Shown here: one piece after another, positions 48,606 to 59,679 of the stretch
How positions within the stretch are numbered: position 1 is the first letter of the stretch
Layout: the number at the start of each line of letters is the position of its first letter
Assembly: GCA_907165135.1 (NCBI GenBank)
Contig: OU015568.1
Location: forward strand, 4,898,001 to 4,962,000
Direction of reading: 5' to 3'
Length of the DNA: 64,000 nucleotides
Source of the DNA: Oikopleura dioica
Lineage: Eukaryota; Animalia; Chordata
Notes under the pieces: generated by a model
What the model was told of the DNA's origin: nothing
Seen by the model: only the letters and a program-made list of their open reading frames with translations
Databases searched by the model: none
Program-made: the position numbers and the translations under genes

Positions 48606-50856
48606 CTTGATTTTTAAATTTAAGGGCTTGACGGCCCTTCGGGCCGTCTCAGCCCCGTTTCTTGATTTTTAAATTTAAGGGGCTTGACGGCCCTTCGGGC
48701 CGTCTCAGCCCCGTTTCTTGATTTTTAAATTTAAGGGGCTTGACGGCCCTTCGGGCCGTCTCAGCCCCGTTTCTTGATTTTTAAATTTAAGGGGCTTGAA
48801 GGCCCTTCGGGCCGTCTCAGCCCCGTTTCTTGATTTTTAAATTTAAGGGCTTGACGGCCCTTCGGGCCGTCTCAGCCCCGTTTCTTGATTTTTAAATTTA
48901 AGGGCTTGACGGCCCTTCGGGCCGTCTCAGCCCCGTTTCTTGATTTTTAAATTTAAGGGCTTGACGGCCCTTCGGGCCGTCTCAGCCCCGTTTCTTGATT
49001 TTTAAATTTAAGGGCTTGACGGCCCTTCGGGCCGTCTCAGCCCCGTTTCTTGATTTTAAATTTAAGGGCTTGACGGCCCTTCGGGCCGTCTCAGCCCCGT
49101 TTCTTGATTTTTAAATTTAAGGGGCTTGAAGGCCCTTCGGGCCGTCTCAGCCCCGTTTCTTGATTTTTAAATTTAAGGGCTTGACGGCCCTTCGGGCCGT
49201 CTCAGCCCCGTTTCTTGATTTTTAAATTTAAAGGGGCTTGACGGCCCTTCGGGCCGTCTCAGCCCCGTTTCTTGATTTTTAAATTTAAGGGGCTTGACGG
49301 CCCTTCGGGCCGTCTCAGCCCCGTTTCTTGATTTTTAAATTTAAGGGGCTTGCCGGCCCTTCGGGCCGTCTCAGCCCCGTTTCTTGATTTTTAAATTTAA
49401 GGGGCTTGAAGGCCCTTCGGGCCGTCTCAGCCCCGTTTCTTGATTTTTAAATTTAAGGGGCTTGACGGCCCTTCGGGCCGTCTCAGCCCCGTTTCTTGAT
49501 TTTTAAATTTAAGGGGCTTGAAGGCCCTTCGGGCCGTCTCAGCCCCGTTTCTTGATTTTTAAATTTAAGGGCTTGACGGCCCTTCGGGCCGTCTCAGCCC
49601 CGTTTCTTGATTTTTAAATTTAAGGGCTTGACGGCCCTTCGGGCCGTCTCAGCCCCGTTTCTTGATTTTTAAATTTAAGGGCTTGACGGCCCTTCGGGCC
49701 GTCTCAGCCCCGTTTCTTGATTTTTAAATTTAAGGGGCTTGACGGCCCTTCGGGCCGTCTCAGCCCCGTTTCTTGATTTTTAAATTTAAGGGCTTGACGG
49801 CCCTTCGGGCCGTCTCAGCCCCGTTTCTTGATTTTTAAATTTAAGGGGCTTGAAGGCCCTTCGGGCCGTCTCAGCCCCGTTTCTTGATTTTTAAATTTAA
49901 GGGCTTGACGGCCCTTCGGGCCGTCTCAGCCCCGTTTCTTGATTTTTAAATTTAAAGGGGCTTGACGGCCCTTCGGGCCGTCTCAGCCCCGTTTCTTGAT
50001 TTTTAAATTTAAGGGCTTGACGGCCCTTCGGGCCGTCTCAGCCCCGTTTCTTGATTTTTAAATTTAAGGGGCTTGCCGGCCCTTCGGGCCGTCTCAGCCC
50101 CGTTTCTTGATTTTTAAATTTAAGGGGCTTGAAGGCCCTTCGGGCCGTCTCAGCCCCGTTTCTTGATTTTTAAATTTAAGGGGCTTGACGGCCCTTCGGG
50201 CCGTCTCAGCCCCGTTTCTTGATTTTTAAATTTAAGGGGCTTGACGGCCCTTCGGGCCGTCTCAGCCCCGTTTCTTGATTTTTAAATTTAAGGGGCTTGA
50301 CGGCCCTTCGGGCCGTCTCAGCCCCGTTTCTTGATTTTTAAATTTAAGGGGCTTGAAGGCCCTTCGGGCCGTCTCAGCCCCGTTTCTTGATTTTTAAATT
50401 TAAGGGGCTTGACGGCCCTTCGGGCCGTCTCAGCCCCGTTTCTTGATTTTTAAATTTAAGGGGCTTGACGGCCCTTCGGGCCGTCTCAGCCCCGTTTCTT
50501 GATTTTTAAATTTAAGGGGCTTGACGGCCCTTCGGGCCGTCTCAGCCCCGTTTCTTGATTTTTAAATTTAAGGGCTTGACGGCCCTTCGGGCCGTCTCAG
50601 CCCCGTTTCTTGATTTTTAAATTTAAGGGCTTGACGGCCCTTCGGGCCGTCTCAGCCCCGTTTCTTGATTTTTAAATTTAAGGGGCTTGACGGCCCTTCG
50701 GGCCGTCTCAGCCCCGTTTCTTGATTTTTAAATTTAAGGGCTTGACGGCCCTTCGGGCCGTCTCAGCCCCGTTTCTTGATTTTTAAATTTAAGGGCTTGA
50801 CGGCCCTTCGGGCCGTCTCAGCCCCGTTTCTTGATTTTTAAATTTAAGGGGCTTGA
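48606..50856. repeat. Tandem array, ~40 copies of a 55-57-bp hairpin unit
   Basis: Unit TTGACGGCCCTTCGGGCCGTCTCAGCCCCGTTTCTTGATTTTTAAATTTAAGGG(G)C. Contains an 8-bp stem GACGGCCC/GGGCCGTC and the palindrome TTAAATTTAA. No unique spacers. Confidence 0.97.
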
Positions 50857-52109
50857 TAAAGGCGTGGAACTGTGAGTTGATCAATCTCAGTTATGTCCCC
50901 AACCCCACCCACACCCATCTTTCTTAAAATTCCAATTATCCTTGTTTTTATCTTAATTATGGTTTTTATTTTAAATTATGAAAATTATTTTCTTTATTTT
51001 TAATAAATATAATTTATGGCTCGAAAAAATCTTCTTTGAGCATATTATTTAGTCCTCTATGTATGCTTAGGCTAAGTTTTATAAATTTGAAAAAAATTTT
51101 TCCTACACCCTGGGTTTTGCGTGCTCACCCCGTCTCATGCGCTCCCTGCGTGATCGCGCGCCGCGCGAGTAGTTATATATATGGTAGGGTATCTGGTGTT
51201 GCAGGCTGTCGCTGAATGGCTAACTCCGTTTGGCGCGCAGTTTGAAAATTACCTGCTTTCAATTGCCTGCTAAGATCCCTCTGGGCAAAATACAATACAC
51301 GAGTGTGGTAAGTTTCAAAGTGTGGTAAATATATTTGTTAGTGTAGTAAATAAATGTTAGTTGCAGAGTAAATAATTGCACATAATCAGGTGATCATAAT
51401 AACTTGTCGTTCTGGGTAAAGTTCTTGCGCACCAAGCCAGAAGCCTCTCATGTAATCGTACAGTTCTTTTCCTTGAAGTCTTGTTCGATCTTTTACACAT
51501 AATATCCAAATCGGTGGTGTTGGGCTATAAGGCATTTCTTCAAGTTTTGAATAATCTAAATAAAATTTAAACAACAATAATAACATGTTTATAAACCTTT
51601 TCGCAAAAGCTCATCTCTGCTGATTTCTGTAAGTGAAGACATTCTAAAAAAACCAATGACAAAATTTTTCAGAGTGAGCTCCACCCTGCAAAAAGCCGGT
51701 ATAATTACGACTGCCGCAGGCTACAAAAATCAACAAGCGGTTTCGATGTAAGTTTTTATTCTTAATAAACACCAGTTAATTGTTTTTAGTTTCCATTCGA
51801 GTTTCAAGTTCTTTGTTGATTTCAGCTACGAGTTCTTCAATGGTCATTTGATTGCTTGGTTTGGGGAGTGGTGCTTTCTCCAGCCTTATTTTCTTTGCTT
51901 TTGAAGGTTGAATCATTTCTCTTCGTTTTATTCTGAAAAAATATAAAAATCAAAAAGCTGTTGCTTCTATCGCTGCAAAAATGCGAATGAGCTTACATTA
52001 TAAAATTCTCCCGTAGCCAATTCTTCTTTAATCATTTCCACGTAGCACGGCCAGAATTCAATTCGCTGTTTCCTAGAATTAACATGTTGCAAAACACGTG
52101 TGCATGATT

Positions 52110-52652
52110 CTAATTATTACAGTTCTCGTTCAAAGTATTCAATTGATTTTGTAAGCTCATCATAAGGGCAGTCACTGACCTCGACATTCTGTTTACAGAG
52201 TAAATTGTTTTTAAATAAATTTCAAATGGCAAACATAACAACGCATGTCGAAAAAACAATTTCACTCTGGACAGAATGCCGAGCCCAATGCAATCATCGC
52301 AATATCCTTGATCTGCAATTATGGGAATCGCTTTTGTCTTGAATTTGCAAATGGCGCTATCGCATTTGTCATCTTTCAATATTTGAATTGTATGAAAATC
52401 TCTCGGAGTAACTAAATCCTCAGCATAGCAAAGCGCATCTTCAGGATCAATTTCACGAGCTTTTTGTTCCAGTTCTTGGCGTGAGAGCATTTTAAATTCA
52501 TAGTTAAGCTCTCTCTCGCGCTTTTCAATGTCAGATTTCTGAAGTCTCGTTCTTGATCCAAAGCAACTCGTCATTGCGCTATATCGCTGCTTATTGTAGA
52601 AATGATCCATCCATTTGTTGTAATCCATCTTTTTCTCGCCGTCTTCTTGCAT
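52110..52652 (-). CDS. Hypothetical protein with a Cys cluster (CDSAIC...CDDC); may splice to further exons at 52072-51837
   Basis: Stop-free 180-codon ORF from the ATG at 52652 in very AT-rich DNA; phase of the downstream exons not resolved. Confidence 0.5.
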   Translation of the reverse strand: MQEDGEKKMDYNKWMDHFYNKQRYSAMTSCFGSRTRLQKSDIEKRERELNYEFKMLSRQELEQKAREIDPEDALCYAEDLVTPRDFHTIQILKDDKCDSAICKFKTKAIPIIADQGYCDDCIGLGILSRVKLFFRHALLCLPFEIYLKTIYSVNRMSRSVTALMMSLQNQLNTLNENCNN

Positions 52653-54949
52653 TATCAATTTTTTGAATAAAAATATGCGCTTTTGCACAAATTTATTTCC
52701 AGTTTTATTTAACACCACACGGCGGCGTGTTTGCCGCTTGTCATTGGTGGCGCTGTTCTTGGCTCAAATTAGTCGAGTGTTGATGATTATACAATGACCA
52801 TACGATCTATCTACTTTTTCCATTTTAAGCCAATAGATTCGTGTCGTCACGTATATTTACATCTTTGTGCAATTGTCGAATGGAGCTCATGTTCATCATT
52901 CTAGCCGGTTAGGACGCCTTTTTTTATTTTTAAAATAAACGTCCTTTCCAACTTTATGATAAATGACAAGTAATGTTTTGGCGATTGTAAGTGGCAATTT
53001 AAGAACTTTCAAGCCCGACTTTTTGCCAAGAATGCTTTCAAAAAGTAATGCTTGAACAGGTCCTATAATTGCACACTTTTCATCTCTCTGTATGTCTCTC
53101 GCTCTCTCTCTCTCTCTCGTCGGGAGTTTTTACAAGTCGATAATTTTAATCATGTTCAAGTTAGCCTATGCCGATTCTCATTATTATTGTTGTTGTTGTT
53201 GTTGTTGTTTGAGTCTCAGTCTTAGGGCTAACAAAAACAAAATAAAAATGCGCAAATTGTAGAATTTTCCCTACATTAAAGCGTGGCATCTAATCTTCAA
53301 CTTGCATTATCCTTTTTGAAAGCAGAAGTATTACTGCCGCGCCATAATGCGGTGATGTGATACCGGTCGATAGTATTCAAAAGCAGACTGCACGAGAGTT
53401 CTGTAAATAAATTTACATAGAACTATCGAGCAGATTGTTTTTTAAATGTTTTGTTTGTAGCTTGTTGACAATAATAACCAAATAAAACGCTAAAACAACG
53501 AATGTTTATCATTCCTGTGTCTTCGCGCATTATTTAGCTCTATCGTCGAGAGAGGACGACGCAGTCTCTTTTTGTCGATTGTGATAATATGGTGAGTTGT
53601 GCTCTGTCCACTTTATACATAGATTGATAGTATTGTTTAAAGTTTTCTTTACACAAGTCGCGTTATTTTCTGTTTCACTTTGTAGACTGGTCAATGAAAG
53701 TGATCAAAGTATAGCAAGCACAGAGTCTATACCAAATTTTATTAGATAGTAAGAACCTTGCGCATACTATGCCTTGACTTGAACTAAAATATCTAATGGT
53801 GTTTGTGAATGAAATCACATGTCGACGCGCTCTTTTTAAGCACTTTTTCGGGCACTATCAGCGATGGCGCTAGAGGTTTACAAATTTTTGCTGATGTCGC
53901 GCTTGTTTTTCGCTCGTCTTTAAAAGAAAAATTTCTTTCAAGATATGTAAAATAAAATAATGTTAAGAGAGTAAATCCCTTTTAGGGTCGGCAACTCTAA
54001 GTAAATGTAAAACGCTGTTCTTTAATTAAAATAACAGTTTAGAATGAACTTTGTTGTTATGTTTGTAAAAGACTTTTTCTTCTGGCAGTAGTGGGTTTTT
54101 AAAAAGTGACAAGGCGCGTTCTATTTCGCCAATCGGCGTTGTATATATATAACCCAGTATCTCAACAAAATCAAAAATGCATTTCACCTTCAAAAAAGTA
54201 TGTACATTCAACATCTTTGACAGAGCGTATGATGGGTAGTATCTGACGCAGCTGACATTGATGTCCTTTTAAAAAACCTGTTTTATTTTATTTGTGCTAT
54301 TTATTCAATTGTCAGTTAAGGAAGTCATGGAATTAAGCAAAATGAGGATATAGGAACCGTAGGAAATCTTTCTCGACAACAATGTAAAATAATGCGGGCA
54401 CCAGTATTTTATTGCGTTGTCTTTTTTCGCACTGTTATTTGAATTAAACAAGCAGCTATCGGCTGTGATTACTTATAGTTGTCGACCTTAAAAAATTATT
54501 TTGCTGTGCGGCGAATGGTTTGTTTTGAAAGAATTACGTGTAAGTCTTTAAAATGTTTTATGAAAAAGTTTTATGCCAATTTTAAGCTCGACTGACGACG
54601 AAGATGATGAAATGCCACAAAATATAAAAATGCAAAGAAATGAAGGCAAAATTGCAGAAATAAATGAAATGAATGTCAAATATTTCTGAAGTACAAAATG
54701 TTCACAACAATTTCGCGAAGCTCCTTATACTGGGTTACGACGTTGTTTATTATTTTTAATAAAGAAATCAAAATATAACGCGTTTTCAATCATGTTGTTT
54801 ACATCTTTGCAAAATTGACAAAAAATCTCTCGAACGTGTAAAAAATTTTCTAGAACTAGTGTTGTTGTAAGGCAAAAAAGCCATTTTTCGTCAGTTTCTC
54901 AAAGTCTTTTGGAGAAGCAAGACGTCTTTTTGTCAATTTTTTTGAAGCC

Positions 54950-55878
54950 ATGTCCGAGCAACCGGTAAGTTAGCGGGGTTTTGAAAAAAAAAGTTGAAAA
55001 TTTTATTCTAGTCCCCAGCTGGGTCCTTGATCAACATGGTCTCCCCAACTCGTAGCGCTAATCCTCACCCGGAGGAGTTTCTCCACCATAATTGGGAAGA
55101 TGTCGACGTCACCCAATTCACCGAGTACGCCCCTGTTGGCAACCTTGGCGATGCTGAACTTGTTTCAGTTAGTAGCTTTGGTTCCAACTTGGGATCGCGC
55201 GATCTCCTAGAGATCGACGAAGTCGATGATGAGGAGGCGGATCGAATCTCCCGCAACATTGTGGGTGATGACTCCGTCGACCCCACCCAGTTCCCCGCTG
55301 ACCACCCCTTCTTCGGCGATGGACCACCTCGTCACCAAGACCCCGAGGAGCAAGCTGAAATCGAGCGAGTCGAGAGGGAAGCGATCGCTCGACGACGACA
55401 AAAAGCCGCCTCCGCCAAGCTGATCAAGGGTGTCACCTTGTCCAAGCACCCCCACCGATTCCCCGAGCTTCTTCGATACGCTGATGGAGCGTCTTTTTCG
55501 CAGTGGTTGTGGCGACCATACGACTGCAGACTCTCCATGGAGGACCTCTTAAAAGAGGTGCCATTCGACGAAAACGACGAATGTAAGTTTTTTTGTTATC
55601 AAAAATATAAATTAATAATTTTTATTATTTTAGACCGAGGTCTTGAAGGCCGAGACACCGAAACCGCGATCATGCTCCTCAAGGCATTCTTTCGGGGCAT
55701 GGTCCGTGAGACGACCCATCTGGAGAATGAGCTCAACCTGGGCGCTTTTGGTGTCCACTTGGAATCCTCCAAGTGCACCATCCCCTTGATGAATGTCCAG
55801 TTCGGCCACATTCCCGAAGTTGGCAAGAAGGGCTCTATTCGACGAGGCCGAATCTTCAAAAGACAGCGACGAAACTAA
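54950..55878 (+). CDS. Orphan gene 1 of cassette: acidic N-half, basic C-tail; 3 exons
   Basis: GT-AG introns 54965-55011 and 55583-55633 keep frame; AATAAA at ~55957. Confidence 0.75.
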
Positions 55879-56389
55879 TGAAAGAAAATCAAATTTATTT
55901 GATTTTCTTTTCAAAAAAAAGAAACCACTTTTAGTGGTCCATTTATTCTGTTAAAAAATAAAATTTCTTTGAAATTTTCAAAAAATACAAGGATTGGTAA
56001 TGATTCATAATCATATCATCCTTTGACCTCGTGTGCATTTGATAAAGCGGTTTGATTGGTAGTTAATCGGAAAAATGAGTAGTTTGGTTCAAAGTCACTT
56101 TTTTCAAAACAAGTGACTTCTAGAAAAGATTGGTTTTGTCGCAGCGGCGGAGGATTTTCCAGATTTGGGTTTTCGCTCGGGATATTTCGAGAATTGAATA
56201 AAGCGCGGAAAAAACGGTTTATTATACAAAAACTTATCATTTAAAAGAGAATTTACTCAGAAGAAAAAGTAAAGAGAATTTTTCAATCAAGCTGATAAAT
56301 TTTACCTTCGCTGTGAGAAATTGCCACACACTTCCGTTTTTGATACTATGTTTTACAACTTTCTCACCGGGCGTTATCTTTTCAGAGGC

Positions 56390-57635
56390 ATGGTGGTCAT
56401 TTTTAGCAAACTACGAAAGAATCAAACAGCGCCAGAAGTGATTACGCCACCACCGCCGTATCGAATGTGTTGCCCACCAGGAAGCCATCGCCATCGCCGA
56501 GAAGCAGAGCGCTTTTCGTAAGTGAGCTTATTTACGAGCAAGAGAAATTATTTTTTTCTAGCGATTTCTCGATTACCACGAGACGTCCACGACCAACTAT
56601 CTTGATGCGATCCGAAGCTGCGACCGGTGCTGCGACCACTCCCGCCACCTCCACCACCACCACTGCTACACGCATGATGGGTAACAAGGTAATCAAAAGT
56701 TTTTTGTTCAATCTATTGAATTTTAATAGGCGCCAACTACCCACCGATTGGCATCTTGTGAGCAATTCACTACCAAGGTCACTTTCTTCTTGCTGGGCAG
56801 CTTCTTTGCGCTCTCCGTTTACTTGTTGATTGCGAGCTTTCAACATGTTTGCAATTGGCCGACGGTAAAGACTTCTTCGAAAGTAGCAGATCCAAGGATC
56901 GTTCGAGATAGACGCGAAGGTAGGAATTTGAAGCTTTTATTGTTCTATTATTTGTCAATAGGCGCTGAAGAAGAAATTGCCATGGTTGATCTTGGTGGTC
57001 TGGCTGCTGCTGCTGCTGCTGCTTCTGGCGATTACGAAGGCAGCGTTGAGGGAAGTGGCGGCGACGCACCGGCTGCTGCTGCTTCGGCGGCGGTGGTAAC
57101 TGTTGAAGTGGAAGGCTCCTCCGATAGCACTGATCCGTGGCCTTCTGACTGCGAGGACCCATTGTGCTCCTATTGCCGCGGCTATTGCTGTAAGTGCTGT
57201 TTTTTAAAATTTTTTTTAAATAAGCCATAATAGACAAGATCAAACCTGCCGCTGCCAACCGGGATACGCCAACCAACAACGCCCAAGATGACGATTCAAA
57301 GGTAAACCATTCGCCGGATTTGGAATTGAAACTTCCAAAGTTGGAGATCACCGAGAACCAGAGCGATCAATTCCCCACAATCAACCACGATCCTGCGGCT
57401 GCAACCGAAGAGAAGCCTGCCACCATTTTGCCGACGCCAACCACCAACATGGCCAGCGGCTCTTCCACTTCCACTCTCGACTATGAATTCGTCGACAGCA
57501 TCTTCAACGATTTCACCTCAGACGGATCCGCTGTTATTCTCGAGACTCAACTCGGCGACAAAGTCGAATACGGTAAGTTTTGTAAAAAAAATTTTTCAAG
57601 TTGTAAAATAAATAATAGAGACTGACGCTGTCTAA
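56390..57635 (+). CDS. Orphan gene 2: type II membrane glycoprotein-like, furin-type RDRR site, Cys cluster; 7 exons
   Basis: Six GT-AG introns all keep frame. TM VTFFLLGSFFALSVYLLIASF; CEDPLCSYCRGYC; Ser/Thr/Ala-rich segments. Confidence 0.7.
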
Positions 57636-57847
57636 TGAAGACGACAACGAAAAGATGCCGCCACCACCAAGACCTGCTAACTTCCTTCTCCCACCCTTCA
57701 AATTGAAACTGTTGTTATCGCTTTTTGCTCTCCTTGAACTTTTCTTGTACCCTGACCTGACTTTTTATTAAACCATCTTTAGCGCGCGCGCGCGGCGGCG
57801 GCAATTAGCTCCCCTAAAACATAAATTTTATTTGTTTTTTTTTCAGA

Positions 57848-58283
57848 ATGGATAAAGCAATTTTAGACTTTTTCTTCAATTCATTCTACAAAAAACTCAA
57901 GATCACGGTAAGCAATTTAGCGGCAGCAGCAGCAGTAGCAAAATTGACAAAATTTTTAGCTCTCACCAATTGTGGAAAACGATCAATCGATGAAGGACAA
58001 TCAATTACCCTGTTTTACTTTACGGCTGTTTGAAACTCATGCATATGAGGTAAAATTATGATAAAAAACAAGAAAATTTAATAAAAAATAGATTGACAAC
58101 GTCAATACGCGACTCGCTGTCATGTGGATCGAAGATGATGATAGATTTAAATCGTGGCGTGTTGAGAATTGGGTTCAATCTCAGCAAATGATGACTTTGA
58201 GCGCGATCAAAATCACTGGCAGACCCAAGTTTTCACCGCGATATGATTTGGAGTGGGAATTGGAGTTTCTTCGTGATGCTTAA
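57848..58283 (+). CDS. Orphan gene 3: 113-aa protein; 3 exons
   Basis: Two phase-0 GT-AG introns join MDKAILDFFF...KIT | LSPIV...HAYE | IDNVN...FLRDA*. Confidence 0.7.
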
Positions 58284-58405
58284 TCTGTTTGTCAATCGCT
58301 GTTCAAAAATGAGGATGATGTCAACTGCCAATTTTGTTTAAATTTTATTATTTTTAGACTTTTGAAGCATTTACGTGATGGGTCGTGTCGCGACGAACGT
58401 AAAAA

Positions 58406-59437
58406 ATGAGTTTGTCGCTCTCACAAAGTAAGCCAAGCTCACAAAGATATAAACAAACATTTTTGTCTAGCGATTATATCGACAAGAAGATCAACAAGCA
58501 CGCCAAAAAAGTCGCTTCCAAAGCGTACTCGATGGCCAACAACTACCAGAGTGGCAAGCGACGTCGTGGATCGCCTCAATACTTTCGTCGCCGCTCGCCC
58601 AGTATGCGCCAAAGTTTTCGAACTCCTAAAACAACTTTTTGTAGATGGGTATTACTATGATCAGCAGCGTCTTTCACCTTCTTCTCCAGAGGTCAAGAAG
58701 CAAAAACTGGCCAAAAAGTGCAAAAACACGGCGATTCTTTTTGCTGAAAAGACAAAAGAAATCATTCGCGGTGAGTCAAATTTTGTCAAATTTTAGTTAT
58801 TAACAAATAATTTAGAAATTGCTTCTGCGCCGCCGAAAATGGCAACAGCGTTTTCTTTTGGCCCGTATGAGGCCAGATTCGCGCTCTGCCCAAAAAACAC
58901 CAGTGAGGCGGATGCGATTCCATCCCTGCGTGAAATCACTCATGCAATTGAGACTCAGGATGGTGATCGGCCGATGATCATTCCAAACAAGGGGATTTTT
59001 TTCCCGTTTCATCTTTTCACTACGCGAAAAATGAACATGGAGCCCCTCTTGCCAGCAATTGGAGAATCATCCGAGTATCATGCGGCGGCAAATACTCGTC
59101 GATCAATTACCTACCCTCCAGGTAAGCACTTTTACTTGTTACTAAGTTTGTAACTTTATTAGCTAACAACAACTCCGTCGAGGATGATCAAGAGGTGGCT
59201 CACGAGGAGGTGATGATGGTGGAGACGTTGCCGCTGCCGAAAATCAGACACCTCTCGTCTTCGGACAATGACTCGGAAATCGAGTTCAACAATCCATTGC
59301 TCCGCCGCCGCTCGATCGCCGCTCCACCCGCTCGACCACCTCCACCTGCTGCTGCTGCTGCTGCTGCTGGCAAGACACCAATTCAGCGAGAGCAGCGCCG
59401 CCGATCTGCAATGAAAAGCCGCTCTGCAAGAAAGTAA
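58406..59437 (+). CDS. Orphan gene 4: basic, partly disordered protein; 4 exons
   Basis: Three phase-1 GT-AG introns keep frame; ends in Pro/Ala runs and RRRSAMKSRSARK. Confidence 0.7.
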
Positions 59438-59679
59438 GAATCGGCTAGCAACTACAAACTGCCAAACTGGGTCTTTTCTAAATTTTTCAAATTGCTATTA
59501 AACTGCTTGCTGTCCCATCGCCCCAACCAGCCTTGCCCCTAACCAACTCTTACCGCTTTTAACCATCTGCTTATCAATTGACTAACCCAATTAATCATTC
59601 ATTTATGGCAAAACACGCATTTCATCTCAGTGTCTCAATTGTTTTTATCTTTGGTAATTTTTAGACAGTTGAAAATAAA

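Noticed and set aside
48606-50856. CRISPR array reading of the hairpin repeats
   Set aside because: The sequence between hairpins is identical in every unit (no unique spacers), no cas genes are present, and the context is eukaryotic.
48606-50856. Canonical Helitron 3' ends in tandem
   Set aside because: A hairpin is present, but no CTRR terminus lies at the expected distance on either strand and no Rep/helicase is nearby.
52750-54900. Intact genes in the AT-rich stretch
   Set aside because: Only short open fragments (for example 54026-54270 minus) with no consistent splice chain; may be decayed coding sequence but not supportable.
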